Origin: Methanobacteriota archaeon
Lineage (GTDB): Archaea; JAADCQ01; Methanopyri; Methanopyrales; Methanopyraceae
Assembly: GCA_027064425.1 (NCBI GenBank)
Contig: JAMOPO010000027.1
Coordinates: 96,001 to 160,000 of the forward strand
Direction: 5' to 3'
Length of the DNA: 64,000 bases
This document shows positions 1-10,210 of this stretch, piece after piece; position 1 is the stretch's first letter; every line of letters starts with the position of its first letter. The notes under the pieces were generated by a model. It did no database searches. It was given only the letters and a program-made list of their open reading frames with translations, and was not told the origin of the DNA. The position numbers were made by a program, and so were the translations under genes.

Positions 1-10
1 CCCAGGCCGG

Positions 11-967
11 TCAAACGACCCACTCCCGAGGCAGGTTGGTGAGCACCTCGCACCCGTCCCTTCGAACGACCGCCATCTCCTCCACCCGAACCCCGAACCG
101 CTCGGAGTACAGGGCCGGCTCGACGGTTATTACGGCCCCTTCCGGCAGCTCGCCGGTCAGCCTACCCTCGTGAACGGCTACCCCGACGTGGTGGCCGAGA
201 CTGTGCGGGAACTCGAAGTCCTGGAACTCGTCCTCCATCTCCTTCCGGACACGCTCCTCGATCTCTTTGGGGTTCACCCCGGCCTTGAGCTCGTCCAGGG
301 CTTCCTCCAGGGCCTCACAGACGGTCTCGAGCACCGGGACCGCGTCGCCGTCCCGCGCGCATACGGTCCGGGTGACGTCCGTGCAGTAAACGCACTTCAA
401 GCCGAAATCGACTAGCATCACGTGGTCCCACTCCCTCCGGCGAGGGTCGGGGTGATGGTGGGGGACGCCGGCCCCCTCGTCGTAGCCGACGATGGGATCG
501 AAGGCGGGCTTGGCGCCGATCTCAACGGAGGTCCTCGCAAGCTCGCCGGCCACCTCACTCTCGCTCCGGCCCTCCGCGGGTATGAGGGATCTCATGACGT
601 CCTCGGTGATCCTCACCAGCTCCTGGATCACCTCCACCTCCTCTTTCGTTTTGGAGAGCTTAACGTTCTGGACCCGGTCCGACACCTTCAGCCGGTAGCA
701 CGGCACGTGCTTGGGGGCCCGGTCGGAGTCGCTCACCCGCGCCGGCCTCAGGTCGCCGGCCCGGTCACGCTCGACTACCTCAACCTCCTCCGGCACGGGC
801 CACTCACGGACGGCGCTGAGGTCCATTTTCGGGACGACGAGGACGTACTCTTCCGCCTCGAAGTCGGCGTAAAACGCCAGGCCGGGGAAGTGGGCCGCCC
901 ACTCCACGCTGTCGCGCCGGACCAGCGCGCACCGCTCGCCGTTGCAGGCCTCCTCAAGCCTCCTCAT
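11..967 (-). CDS. Xaa-Pro aminopeptidase (M24 family)
   Basis: M24 metal ligands DFG..Y.TD.TR, HSLGHHVG..VHE, TVEP, VRVEE; start taken at ATG 967, overlapping the upstream stop. Confidence 0.85.
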   Translation of the reverse strand: MRRLEEACNGERCALVRRDSVEWAAHFPGLAFYADFEAEEYVLVVPKMDLSAVREWPVPEEVEVVERDRAGDLRPARVSDSDRAPKHVPCYRLKVSDRVQNVKLSKTKEEVEVIQELVRITEDVMRSLIPAEGRSESEVAGELARTSVEIGAKPAFDPIVGYDEGAGVPHHHPDPRRREWDHVMLVDFGLKCVYCTDVTRTVCARDGDAVPVLETVCEALEEALDELKAGVNPKEIEERVRKEMEDEFQDFEFPHSLGHHVGVAVHEGRLTGELPEGAVITVEPALYSERFGVRVEEMAVVRRDGCEVLTNLPREWVV

Positions 968-1904
968 CTTCGCCCGGAATAATCTCCTCCGGCTCAGCCT
1001 CTCCTTCACCTTCTCCAACCTCTTCCTCAGCCTCCGCTTCCTCTCCTCCATCCTCCCCAGCGCCCTCGTCCCGCCTCGAGAGCTCCATCGTGGACTTGTA
1101 AATCCGAAGAACCTCGAGCGCGTCCTCTCGGGACGGGGCGGCCATCCTACGCTTTCCCACGACCACCTCGATGCCGATGGTCTCGCCGATCTCCTCCACC
1201 ACCTCCGGCTCCAGGTCGCCGGGGGACAGCCCGACCTCTCGGCAGAGGTCCTCGAGCTCCATTGGAACCAGCAGGTCCTCGCGGTCCTTGAGCTTCTCTC
1301 GGAGGCGCTCCACCTCGTCCCGCAGACGCTCGACCTCCTCCTCTAACCGCTCCTTCTCCTCCTCCAGCTCACGGCGCTCCTCCGACACCTCCTCGAGCTC
1401 TTCCCGGAGCTCCTCGAGCTCCTCCTCTTTCTCCTCCAGGCTCTCCTCCAGCTCCTCGAGCTCCTCCACGCGCTCGCGGAGCTCCTCCAGCTCCTCGCGC
1501 ATTTTCTTGAGCTTAACCAGGCCCTTGAGCCCGGCCCGGATGAGGGCGTTGCGGAGCTCCTTCTCCACGATGTCCAGGTTGACGTGCTCCACGTCGTGAC
1601 CGATTGGCATCTTCACCCGCTCGACGTGCCCGACGAGGTCCTTGAGCTCCTCCTTGAACTCGCTGGCCAGCTTCCTTCCCGGCTTGTCGGCGTCGGTGGC
1701 GATGAGGACCACGTCGGCGCCGTCGGCCGCGCGGCGGGCGATGTGAGGGTGCGTGGTGGGGATGATGGAGGTGATGGTGACGTTGAACTCGCCGCCGAGG
1801 GCCATGCGCTGGAGGACCTTGGAGACTACCTCCGCGTCGGCGGCCCCCTCGACGATCACTCGCACGTCGACGGGCGATCGCTTCCGCTCGCGCTTAGGTG
1901 GCAT
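954..1904 (-). CDS. TOPRIM-domain protein with long acidic coiled coil (COG4026-like)
   Basis: N-terminal IVEG..D and IATDAD..G TOPRIM motifs followed by Glu-rich heptads. Confidence 0.8.
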   Translation of the reverse strand: MPPKRERKRSPVDVRVIVEGAADAEVVSKVLQRMALGGEFNVTITSIIPTTHPHIARRAADGADVVLIATDADKPGRKLASEFKEELKDLVGHVERVKMPIGHDVEHVNLDIVEKELRNALIRAGLKGLVKLKKMREELEELRERVEELEELEESLEEKEEELEELREELEEVSEERRELEEEKERLEEEVERLRDEVERLREKLKDREDLLVPMELEDLCREVGLSPGDLEPEVVEEIGETIGIEVVVGKRRMAAPSREDALEVLRIYKSTMELSRRDEGAGEDGGEEAEAEEEVGEGEGEAEPEEIIPGEDEEA

Positions 1905-1916
1905 GCCGGGCCTCCC

Positions 1917-2105
1917 TTACCGTCGCCGCTGCCGGTTGACCTTCTTGTTCTGCCAGTTGTACTTCCGCATCCGCCGCGAGCGCCCGAACCCGCAGGCGGC
2001 GCAGTACCCCTTTCTCACGTGGTAAGCTCGGCGACCGCACCGGCGGCACCTAACGTGGGTCTTCGTCTTGTTACGCTTGCCAAACGAGGGCGTGCCCTTG
2101 GACAA
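1917..2105 (-). CDS. rpl37e: 50S ribosomal protein L37e
   Basis: [18 protein letters not shown]......KG.CAACGFG signature. Confidence 0.97.
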   Translation of the reverse strand: MSKGTPSFGKRNKTKTHVRCRRCGRRAYHVRKGYCAACGFGRSRRMRKYNWQNKKVNRQRRR

Positions 2106-2124
2106 GGGTTACCACCCCCTCCGC

Positions 2125-2346
2125 CTACCCGACCTCCGCGGGGGATATTAAGGTCACACTGTCACCACGGACGAGCACGCGTCCGAGCCGGACCTCGGAG
2201 TCGCCCGAGATCTCGACGCAGTCATCCAGAACGAGGTTCAAGTGCCCATCGAAGGATACGAGCCGACCGCGGAGCGTCTTCCCGGTCTTCAGCTCCACGA
2301 TCACGATGTCGTCCAAAAAATCCCGCAGGGCGTCGTGCGGCCTCAA
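2125..2346 (-). CDS. Sm-like archaeal protein (SmAP/Lsm)
   Basis: Sm1 GRLVSFDGHLNLVL and Sm2 VLVRGDSV motifs; conserved position upstream of rpl37e; TTG start at 2346. Confidence 0.92.
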   Translation of the reverse strand: MRPHDALRDFLDDIVIVELKTGKTLRGRLVSFDGHLNLVLDDCVEISGDSEVRLGRVLVRGDSVTLISPAEVG

Positions 2347-2394
2347 CGGGGCTACTACCCCCGTTCGGATCACGGGTGGGGGGAGAAGCGCGAC

Positions 2395-2901
2395 ATGAAG
2401 GTTTCTCGGAGGCATCCGGTGTCGGAGAAGGAGTTGATGAAGGTGTTGGACAGCGTTAGGGAGGCGGTTGGAGTCGATCTCGAGGGGCCGCTGGAGGGGG
2501 AGGACATCGTCGAGCTGGGGCACGTCAAGGAGTCGGACGTAGAGCGGATAATCATCGCGAAGGGTAAGGTAATGGCGTTCGAGATCGAGGGGCTGTGGCT
2601 GCCGACCCTCCACCCGCTCCTAGAGATGGAGCCCGAGGATGTCGGGCACGCGGTGCTTGTGGACATGGGGGCGGTGAAGCCGATCGCCTCGGGCGCGGAC
2701 GTCATGGTGCCCGGGATCGTGGAGGTTCGCGGGGAGTTCGAGGAAGGGGACGGCGTGGTCGTCATGGACGAGCGGAACCAGCGGCCGTTGGCGGTGGGCA
2801 TCGCCCGGTTCGGGGCGTCAGAAATCGAGGAGAGGGATCGAGGACGGGCGATCAAGAACGTGCATCACGTCGGGGACGATCTCTGGGAGGCGCGGTTCTA
2901 G
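2395..2901 (+). CDS. PUA-domain RNA-binding protein (MCT-1/Tma20-like)
   Basis: LPTL..L pre-PUA, VDMGAVKPI.SGADVMVPGI, and NVHHVGDDLW C-terminus. Confidence 0.88.
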   Translation: MKVSRRHPVSEKELMKVLDSVREAVGVDLEGPLEGEDIVELGHVKESDVERIIIAKGKVMAFEIEGLWLPTLHPLLEMEPEDVGHAVLVDMGAVKPIASGADVMVPGIVEVRGEFEEGDGVVVMDERNQRPLAVGIARFGASEIEERDRGRAIKNVHHVGDDLWEARF

Positions 2902-2902
2902 C

Positions 2903-3706
2903 TCACCGCTTACCGAACAGTCCCTTGATGATCCTGGACAGGATGCCCTCCTTGTCCGGGACCTCGATCTCGTACTCGATGCCGAGCAGCTCCGCGGCCA
3001 GCTTCTTGAACGCCTGAGCGGCCGCCGACTTGGGGCTGCGCACCACCACCGGCTCGCCGAACGCCGCGGCGCGGCGCACCTCGGGGTCCTCGGGGATCTC
3101 GGCCAGGACCTTGGTCTCGAGGATCTTCTCGATCTCTTCTTTCGTGAGCTCGGTCTTGTCCTTGGTCACCCGGTTAACGGCGGTTCCGGTGACCTCCGTT
3201 CCGACCCGCTCGGCGACCGCCTTGACCTTGAGCGCGTCGGTGATCGAGGCGATCTCGGGGTTAACGACCAGCAGGCACTCGGTCGAGGCTGAGAGGGCTG
3301 TCAGGGCGTCGCGGCCCAGCCCCGCCGGACCGTCGATGAGCAGGAAGTCGGCCTGGTCGACGATCCACTCCACCACGTCCCGGAGCCGCTCCGGGTTGGC
3401 CTTCCGGATGCCCTCCAGCGAGATCCCGGCCGGAACAACTTTCACGCCTTTGGGACCCTCATACACGGCCTCCTCGACCTCGGCCTCGCCGGCCAGCACG
3501 TCGTGCAGGGTCACGGGCGCGTCCTCCATCTGAAGAATCAGACCCAGGTTGGCCATGGCGATGTCCGCGTCCAGGATGAACACCTCCCCATCCATATCCG
3601 CGAGCGCGGTGCCCAGGTTGGCGGTCACGGTCGTCTTGCCGGTTCCGCCCTTACCCGACGCGATGCAGATGACCCTGCAGCCCTCCCTTTCCTCGGACTC
3701 AGCCAA
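2903..3706 (-). CDS. minD: Cell division ATPase MinD (archaeal type)
   Basis: [11 protein letters not shown] deviant Walker [11 protein letters not shown]-terminal amphipathic [11 protein letters not shown]. Confidence 0.92.
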   Translation of the reverse strand: MAESEEREGCRVICIASGKGGTGKTTVTANLGTALADMDGEVFILDADIAMANLGLILQMEDAPVTLHDVLAGEAEVEEAVYEGPKGVKVVPAGISLEGIRKANPERLRDVVEWIVDQADFLLIDGPAGLGRDALTALSASTECLLVVNPEIASITDALKVKAVAERVGTEVTGTAVNRVTKDKTELTKEEIEKILETKVLAEIPEDPEVRRAAAFGEPVVVRSPKSAAAQAFKKLAAELLGIEYEIEVPDKEGILSRIIKGLFGKR

Positions 3707-3711
3707 GCTCG

Positions 3712-4590
3712 CTACCCCTCCTCTGAGGGCTTAGCCTTGGACTTGGAAGCTGACGTCTCGGCGGTGAGGTCGATGAGACCCTCCAGGCTGGACGCGAGGG
3801 ACTTGGCAACTTTTTCACACTCTTCGTCAACCTCCTCCAAGTCTGACTCGACGACGAAGGCGACTAAGACATCCTTATAGGGTTTTACCGCCAGAGTTTC
3901 CCCGGAATCGGTCGTGAGCTTTACCCACTCCAGTTCCCCTACCAAGTGCTCGTCCAAGAAGTCCGCCAACCTGCTGACCTCAGCGGCGATTCGGTCCGGA
4001 TTGGATACTCCAGACGAGGCGACCACGAGTCCCTGCCTGTCGGTCACCACGTACGGGGTGTCCGTCTCCTCGGTCGAGGCCGGGAGACTCGCGGACTCTA
4101 TCACCATGCTGAGGTCGTTCCTTAACATGAATATGTCCGCATCCGAGGGCGTTGTCTTGGTCTCGCAGATCGCAATGCTGTCGTTGATCTTGACCGCTAG
4201 GTAATTCGGTCCCTCGCTCTCGGACGACACGATGATCGTGTCCGCGGTCTCAGCGGCCTCGAACACGCTCCTAAGCGCCTCGATGAGCTCGGTCTCGAAC
4301 GACCCACCACCGGACATCCCGATGGGCTTCCCGTCCCTGTCGATGACCACCATCCGCTCGAACCCGAAGTACTCCCTGAGCTCGCTGAGCGCCTTGGACA
4401 TGTCGCGCTTGGCCGTCTCCACCAGCTCGTCCGGCTCCAGCTGCTTAGACGCTATCTGGAGGGCGCGCTGGAGTGCCTCCTCCCTGACCTCCCGAGCCTC
4501 TTCCTCTGGGAGCCTCTCCTCAGTACCCTCCTCCCCTCTCCTGAAGAGCCGCTTGAACTTACCCACTATGCGAGCCACGATGTTCAGCAC
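3712..4590 (-). CDS. Protein with two putative Roadblock/LC7-like domains and an N-terminal amphipathic helix
   Basis: Two repeats of [11 protein letters not shown] / [12 protein letters not shown] roadblock-type strands; adjacent to a Roadblock gene. Confidence 0.6.
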   Translation of the reverse strand: MLNIVARIVGKFKRLFRRGEEGTEERLPEEEAREVREEALQRALQIASKQLEPDELVETAKRDMSKALSELREYFGFERMVVIDRDGKPIGMSGGGSFETELIEALRSVFEAAETADTIIVSSESEGPNYLAVKINDSIAICETKTTPSDADIFMLRNDLSMVIESASLPASTEETDTPYVVTDRQGLVVASSGVSNPDRIAAEVSRLADFLDEHLVGELEWVKLTTDSGETLAVKPYKDVLVAFVVESDLEEVDEECEKVAKSLASSLEGLIDLTAETSASKSKAKPSEEG

Positions 4591-4641
4591 CCTAAAACCT
4601 CCTCCGAGTCGTTTGAAGGGATTTGGAGGGAGGAGGAAAGG

Positions 4642-4989
4642 TTATAGCTGCTTGGCGATCTCCTCCGCCGCCTCCTGCGCCCTCAGCCGAATGAGACCCA
4701 GGTTGGCGTCGGGGTCGGTGATTAGGACCAGCGTCGCCTCGTCGCTGATCGCAATGATCATCACTTTACCCTCGGACGACTCGATGAGCATCTGCTCCAG
4801 CTCGCCGAGATCCATCTCGTCGACGACTCGCTCTCCCGAACCGTACACCGTGGTGGCGATGGCTCCCACTACCTCCGAGTCGATGTCCGGCGGCACCGCT
4901 TCGGCGATGATCAGACCGTCGCTCGAGACGACCAGCGAGCCGTGCACACCGTCCACGCGGTTCAGATCCGCCAGCACCTTCTCGATCAA
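4642..4989 (-). CDS. Roadblock/LC7 (MglB-like) protein
   Basis: GVHGSLVVSSDGLIIA and ANLGLIRL signatures. Confidence 0.9.
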   Translation of the reverse strand: MIEKVLADLNRVDGVHGSLVVSSDGLIIAEAVPPDIDSEVVGAIATTVYGSGERVVDEMDLGELEQMLIESSEGKVMIIAISDEATLVLITDPDANLGLIRLRAQEAAEEIAKQL

Positions 4990-5067
4990 GCCGGACGACC
5001 CCCGGCGCTGAGTGCCGGGACTTAACGCTCAAATAAGGCTTAATTGCTTTGGGCCGGGGGGACCGCC

Positions 5068-5916
5068 GTGGGCGCGCTGACGGTGACGATTTCGGCCCTC
5101 TCGACCCTACTGCTCGCGGCCCTCGCCTACACGGTCGGGACGGCGGGCCGAATGCTTGGGTCTCCGGCGGTCGCCATCGGCGGGTCCGCCGCCCTTGGGG
5201 TCGCGGCCGGGGCGTTCCTCATCGTTCCGGCGCTCACGGACCTGCCGGGGGTCGTGGCGGAGTTCTGGAGCGAGCAACCGCTGCTGGCCAAAGTGACCGC
5301 CACCCCCTCCGACCTCCCCTCGGCCCTAAAGGAGCTGCGGAGGCACGGGGCGAGACCGGTCGGGTCCGAAGTGACCGTGGAGCTCACGTTGGGGGAGCCG
5401 GTGGACCCGGAGCGGCAGCGCTGGATCGAGCGGAAAGTTCGGGTCGCGTTCCCCGGGATCGGCAGTGCCCGGTTCGCCTCACCGAGCAAGCTGGTGCTGA
5501 CGCTGGACACCAGGCGGGTTAAACTTGAGGACGTGCCTAAGCTGGTCGACAGGGTTTCGGGGTGGATCACCTACACGAGCGGGTACGTGGTGGTCGGTGC
5601 TTCAGCGACCGTGAAGGTTCGGGCGCGGCGGAGCGCGCTGTCCGACGTGCAGGAGAGGTTCCGTGGCCTGGTCAACGTGAGCGTCCTGTTCGACCCGTCG
5701 CGGGTGGTGAAGCAGAGGGTGGCCCGATGCATCCCGGCCCCGGCCACGGCCCTGGCGACGACGGTGGGCGCGTTCGTGCTGCTGGGGGTCGCCGGGTGGC
5801 ACGGCGCGGTCGGTCGGGTAGTGGGGATTATCAGAAGGAAGGTTAGGGAGCTCGAGATTGAGCGCCGGCGGAGGAGGGTAGTGAGGCTTGGTAAGGCTGG
5901 TGAGGTTCAGCGCTGA
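5068..5916 (+). CDS. Hypothetical membrane protein
   Basis: Two N-terminal and one C-terminal hydrophobic segments with a basic tail; GTG start assumed. Confidence 0.6.
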   Translation: MGALTVTISALSTLLLAALAYTVGTAGRMLGSPAVAIGGSAALGVAAGAFLIVPALTDLPGVVAEFWSEQPLLAKVTATPSDLPSALKELRRHGARPVGSEVTVELTLGEPVDPERQRWIERKVRVAFPGIGSARFASPSKLVLTLDTRRVKLEDVPKLVDRVSGWITYTSGYVVVGASATVKVRARRSALSDVQERFRGLVNVSVLFDPSRVVKQRVARCIPAPATALATTVGAFVLLGVAGWHGAVGRVVGIIRRKVRELEIERRRRRVVRLGKAGEVQR

Positions 5917-6280
5917 CCTTCTCGACTCGCTGCTGGAGGCGAGCCGGGAGAACCACCCGAACGAGTTTTTCACGGTCCTGGGCGGAGAGGTGGACGGGGA
6001 CGAGATCGTCGTGGACTCGGTCCTGGTTGTCCCGTTCGAGGCGTCGGACACGGGGGCCGTGTTCGACCTGATGTCCGTGCACCTGAAGGGGGCGGTGGGG
6101 ACGTTCCACTCCCACCCCTCCGGGGACCCGGCCCCCTCGGAGGACGACTTAATGCTGTTCAAGCGGCTGGGTGCCGTGCACGCGATTGCGGCGTACCCGT
6201 ACCGTCGTCGGGACGTTCGCTTCTACGACAAATCCGGCAGAAATATAACCGAGCTGGTGGCTCTGGCGGACGACCGATGA
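5888..6280 (+). CDS. JAB1/MPN/Mov34 (JAMM) metalloprotease
   Basis: HPNE plus HSHP....PS..D JAMM motif. Confidence 0.9.
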   Translation: MVRLVRFSADLLDSLLEASRENHPNEFFTVLGGEVDGDEIVVDSVLVVPFEASDTGAVFDLMSVHLKGAVGTFHSHPSGDPAPSEDDLMLFKRLGAVHAIAAYPYRRRDVRFYDKSGRNITELVALADDR

Positions 6281-6394
6281 CGAGGCGAACAACCGCGGAT
6301 TCACGCTCATGAAGACCCTGCGACCACGCCGAGGCGGGATGAAGAGATCGAGGTAGGCCGACCCCGGTCGGGTGAATGACGAGCCCTGGGGTAC

Positions 6395-7306
6395 TTGACC
6401 GTGGCGAGGACGCTCAGGTTCGGCGATATTAAGGTCCGGCCCCTGGGGTTCGAGAGCTTCGGAGTCAGATCCATGGCCACGCTGATTGAGACCCCCGACG
6501 TGACCGTGCTCGTGGACCCCGGCGTGTCCATACCCCCGAAGCGCTACGGCCTGCCCCCGGCCGACGAGGAGTGGGAGGCGCTGGAGGAGGTCCGGGAGGA
6601 GATACAGCGGGCGGCGGATCGGGCGGACGTGATCACGATCTCGCACTACCACTACGATCACCACACTCCCTTCCTGGAGCGGGAGTACGAGGCGTGCGAC
6701 GAGGAGACGGCCAAGGAGCTCTACTCGGATCGGCTGGTGCTCCTCAAGGACCCGGAGGAGAACATCAATCCGAACCAGATGCGGCGGGCGAAGGCGCTCA
6801 CGAGCCGGCTGGAGGAGGAGGGCGTCGAGTACGAGGTGGCCGACGAGCGCTCGTTCGAGTTCGGAGACACCCGACTCGAGTTCTCGCCCCCGTTCCCGCA
6901 CGGGCCAGAGGGGACCAGTCTGGGGTACGTGCTGTGCCTGCGCGTCCGGACGGAGAACGCGACGGTCCTGCACGCGTCGGACGTGCAGGGACCCGTCTAC
7001 AGGCCCGCCCTGGAGTGGATCGTCGAGGACCGGCCGGATCTTGTACTGATCAGTGGCCCTCCAACGTACCTCCTCGGCTTCCGGTTCTCCAAGGAGAACC
7101 TGGAGAAGGCCTCCGATCACCTCCTGGAGATGTCCGACCGGGTCGGTCAGGTGATCCTGGATCACCACCTACTCCGGGACAAGAAGTACCGGGACCGGCT
7201 CTCGGACGTGTACGAGTCGAGCAACGTGGTCACGGCCGCCGAGGCGGTCGGGGAGGAGGAGCGGCTGCTGGAGGCGCACCGCGACGAGCTGAGCGGGGAG
7301 GAATGA
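6395..7306 (+). CDS. Metallo-beta-lactamase fold hydrolase (UPF0282-like)
   Basis: ESFGVRSMAT, SHYHYDHH, HASDVQGP, DHHLLRD. Confidence 0.88.
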   Translation: MTVARTLRFGDIKVRPLGFESFGVRSMATLIETPDVTVLVDPGVSIPPKRYGLPPADEEWEALEEVREEIQRAADRADVITISHYHYDHHTPFLEREYEACDEETAKELYSDRLVLLKDPEENINPNQMRRAKALTSRLEEEGVEYEVADERSFEFGDTRLEFSPPFPHGPEGTSLGYVLCLRVRTENATVLHASDVQGPVYRPALEWIVEDRPDLVLISGPPTYLLGFRFSKENLEKASDHLLEMSDRVGQVILDHHLLRDKKYRDRLSDVYESSNVVTAAEAVGEEERLLEAHRDELSGEE

Positions 7307-7307
7307 G

Positions 7308-8192
7308 GTGCTTGAGCGCGTCGGTCGCGCGGTCTGGAAGTTCACGGCCATCGTCGGCTACATCGTGGTGAACCTGCCGTGGTTGATCGTTAAGGCGATT
7401 CGAGAGGGGCCGAAGAGGTCGGCGCAGATGGCGTCTCAGCTGGCCGACTCAGCCGAGCGGTCGATCGAGCTCTTCCACCGGCTGACCAGGACCGCGCAGG
7501 AGACGGTGGAGGCCGTCCGCGAGGGCAGGGTCCTTCTGCCCGAGCTCGAGGAGATCCCGTTCAAGGACATCGAGATCAGGGGTAAGAGGATCGCGGCCGC
7601 GCCGAGGATGCCGTGGGATATCCCGGCCCTGACCTTCCAGCTCTCTTTGCTCGCCACCGTTATCTTCGTGGTGCTGGAGGAGATCGTCGTGCCCCCGGTC
7701 TTCCTTTGGGAGTGGCTCTCCGTCCTCTCAACGTTCGTCGCTGCCTTCAGCCTGGGTTGGCTCCGGCGCGTTTCCCCGTTCGAGGAGCACTGGCAGCCGT
7801 ACCGGTACGCCGCTTTGATCATCCTGGGCTCCGTGATAATCTCCGCCGCGCTGACTAACCTGCCTCCACTGGTGGCGCTGATGTTGCCGCTGGAGCTGAC
7901 CCTGCCCGGTGTCGGAGCCTTCGGCATTCCGATCGCGGGCGTCGTTCTGGCGCTGGTGACGCTCCGGCGCAAGTTCACGCGCGACTGGACGCTCGGCGTC
8001 GTGCTCGAGAGGTCCGGTGAGAATCGAGTGGTGGTCATCGTCGGCAGCGACCTGGCCGCGAACACCCTGCCCGGGGAGTACGAGGTGGAGGGGGACGCCG
8101 AGCCGGGCACTCCGGTGATCGTGGAGGTGAGGAGGAGTAAATTCTCGCTGACGGGGGCCGTGCCGACTAGGATCATTAAGGAGGGGTGGTGA
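7308..8192 (+). CDS. Membrane protein (DUF2101-like)
   Basis: Four TM segments followed by R.WT.GVV...DLAAN..PG.Y beta domain. Confidence 0.65.
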   Translation: MLERVGRAVWKFTAIVGYIVVNLPWLIVKAIREGPKRSAQMASQLADSAERSIELFHRLTRTAQETVEAVREGRVLLPELEEIPFKDIEIRGKRIAAAPRMPWDIPALTFQLSLLATVIFVVLEEIVVPPVFLWEWLSVLSTFVAAFSLGWLRRVSPFEEHWQPYRYAALIILGSVIISAALTNLPPLVALMLPLELTLPGVGAFGIPIAGVVLALVTLRRKFTRDWTLGVVLERSGENRVVVIVGSDLAANTLPGEYEVEGDAEPGTPVIVEVRRSKFSLTGAVPTRIIKEGW

Positions 8193-8268
8193 CCCCTCGG
8201 CCAGCCATCCTCTCGTCACGGGGCCCGCCCGCTCGGCTAACAGCTCAGTCGTCATCGGGGGATCCGCG

Positions 8269-8952
8269 GTGACGAGGCGCGACCGGCTGGAAGAACTTTT
8301 TCGCCGGGCGGTCGCCTCGGGGCGCGGCCGGCTCAGGGTCCCGAGGGACCTGGATGAGGTCAAGCTGGACGTGGACGCCGTCCGGGACATCGTGCACGCG
8401 GCGCTGGAGCTGGACCACTACCTGACGCGCTCGGCCCCGGATCACGTGGTGAAGGGGCGCGAGGCTAGGCGGGTGGCCAAGCTCCTGAACGATATCCTCT
8501 CGGGTGTGGAGCGGATCGCCGGGCTGGAGGCCGAGGAAGAGGTCAGCGAGGAGCGGGTCCGCGAGGAGTTTCGGGACGCCGTGTTCATCGTGGTGAGGGG
8601 TAGGGAGCGGAAGATCCTGCGCGACCTCGTGGAGCGGCCGGTGGTGCAGACGGGTGGCCCGCTGATTCCCGAGGACTATCGGAAGGTGAACCCGAACCTG
8701 CCCGAGGAGCTGCCCGAGGGGATCATTAAAACGGTGAGGCGGGCCCGGCGAGAGGTCCGAGAGAGCGTGGAGAAGTCCGGCGCGGAGCGGCTGGTGCTGG
8801 TGCGGGAGCGAGGGGACAAGGTGGGTAAGATCCTGGAGGAGGAGCTGCCCGAGATCGCGGAAGAGCTGGGCGTCAAGCACGAGGTGATCGTGGTGGAAGA
8901 CTTCTCGGAGCTGAGTCCCGCGGAGCTCCTGTCGGGGTCCGCTCGGTCTTGA
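8269..8952 (+). CDS. Conserved archaeal protein (DUF2100-like)
   Basis: SAP.H and TGGPL.PEDY.KVNPNLP motifs. Confidence 0.7.
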   Translation: MTRRDRLEELFRRAVASGRGRLRVPRDLDEVKLDVDAVRDIVHAALELDHYLTRSAPDHVVKGREARRVAKLLNDILSGVERIAGLEAEEEVSEERVREEFRDAVFIVVRGRERKILRDLVERPVVQTGGPLIPEDYRKVNPNLPEELPEGIIKTVRRARREVRESVEKSGAERLVLVRERGDKVGKILEEELPEIAEELGVKHEVIVVEDFSELSPAELLSGSARS

Positions 8953-10187
8953 CCGAGACCGTTGAGACCCCCTCCGGGGAGCGCCCCAAGATTCCGGCGA
9001 AGGCCCGGGTGACGTTCTCCCGGACGATGCCGGCCGCCCTGCCCGAAACCGTGGAGCACACGGTACAGCTGTACAAGGCCGAGCTGGAGCACGTGGCCGA
9101 GGAGGAGGTGGGGCTGCGGATCGAGGAGAAGAAGGATGGGACGAACGTGCGCGTGGTCCTGGGGAAGGCGCTCGAGGACGTGGTGGGCGAGCCCATCATC
9201 GCGCACACGCGGAGCTGGGTTCGGGTGGAGGAGGTGGAGAAGTTCGTCGAGTCCGTGATCGATCCCTCCGAGCACTTCCTGACCGTGATCGAGGGGGAGT
9301 TCCTGCCGCTTTCCGCCTTCGGGACGTCGGTCTTCCAGCTGTGGGAGGAGACCCTGGACCACATTGATTACCACGTGCGGCTCATGTCCAAGTACACCCT
9401 GAACCCGCGGAGGAAGCGCGTCCCACGCTCGTGGATCGGGAAGCTCTTCGACCGGCTCTCCAAGCTGAGGAAGCACGTGCGGACGCTGGAGGCCGTGCAG
9501 CGCAGGCTTCCGGACGTGAAGCTGGCGGAGGACGACGAGTTTCAGCGGCTGAGGGACGAGATCGAGCGGCTGACGTCGATCGCCGTCGAGAAGGACTACG
9601 TGCCGGACGACGCGGTGGAGATGCTGAAGGAGGTGCTGAGGCGGATGGATGAGCTGGACGCGTACGAGCCGGAGGAGTCTGAGCCCGTATACTACGTCTT
9701 TGCGGTTGACCTGTTCGACGGCGAGGTGACGGTCCGGGAGCCCAAGACCCGGCAGTACGAGCTCCTCTCGGACTTCGTGGACGGGGAGAACATCAAGCCG
9801 GTCCCGACCACGCTGTGCGATCTGGGCGAGGCGGAGTCCGTGGCCCGGGAGATGATGGAAAGGGTGGAGGAGAACCGGCTGGAAGGCCTCGTGATCAAGC
9901 CGGAGCGGGAGGTCCCGGGCGTCCCGCACGCTCGTAAGGTGCGGGCGGAGTGGTACCTCCGCGGGATGAAGCTCACCTCCAGGCTGAACCTGGACGGGTT
10001 CACGGGCGCCGCCGAGCGGGCCGCAAGGAACGAGACCCGTCGCGCCCTGGCCGCCATCGAGACGGCCTACCTGTACCGGGCGCTGAGGGCGCTCTCCGAG
10101 GGTGACCTGGAGCGGGCCGCGCGCATCGTCTCGGAGGCCGAGAGAACCGTTGAAAGTATGTCGGAGTGGGACGACCCGACGGTTTGA
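8949..10187 (+). CDS. ATP-dependent nucleotidyltransferase / RNA ligase resembling the Pnkp ligase domain
   Basis: Motif I EEKKDG, III EGEF.P.S, IIIa YVFAVD, IV EGLVIKP, V RKVR.EWYLR; C-terminal DDPTV. Confidence 0.72.
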   Translation: MTETVETPSGERPKIPAKARVTFSRTMPAALPETVEHTVQLYKAELEHVAEEEVGLRIEEKKDGTNVRVVLGKALEDVVGEPIIAHTRSWVRVEEVEKFVESVIDPSEHFLTVIEGEFLPLSAFGTSVFQLWEETLDHIDYHVRLMSKYTLNPRRKRVPRSWIGKLFDRLSKLRKHVRTLEAVQRRLPDVKLAEDDEFQRLRDEIERLTSIAVEKDYVPDDAVEMLKEVLRRMDELDAYEPEESEPVYYVFAVDLFDGEVTVREPKTRQYELLSDFVDGENIKPVPTTLCDLGEAESVAREMMERVEENRLEGLVIKPEREVPGVPHARKVRAEWYLRGMKLTSRLNLDGFTGAAERAARNETRRALAAIETAYLYRALRALSEGDLERAARIVSEAERTVESMSEWDDPTV

Positions 10188-10210
10188 CCGGTCGGGAGGG
10201 GGTGAGGAGA

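Noticed and set aside
1330-1500. Repetitive CTCCTC/GAGCTC pattern
   Set aside because: Glu/Leu coiled-coil codons, not a DNA repeat array
3712-4640. Slightly lower-GC patches (also around 44900-46700 and 48700-51300) as horizontal transfer
   Set aside because: Judged by eye only; no mobility genes or boundary repeats
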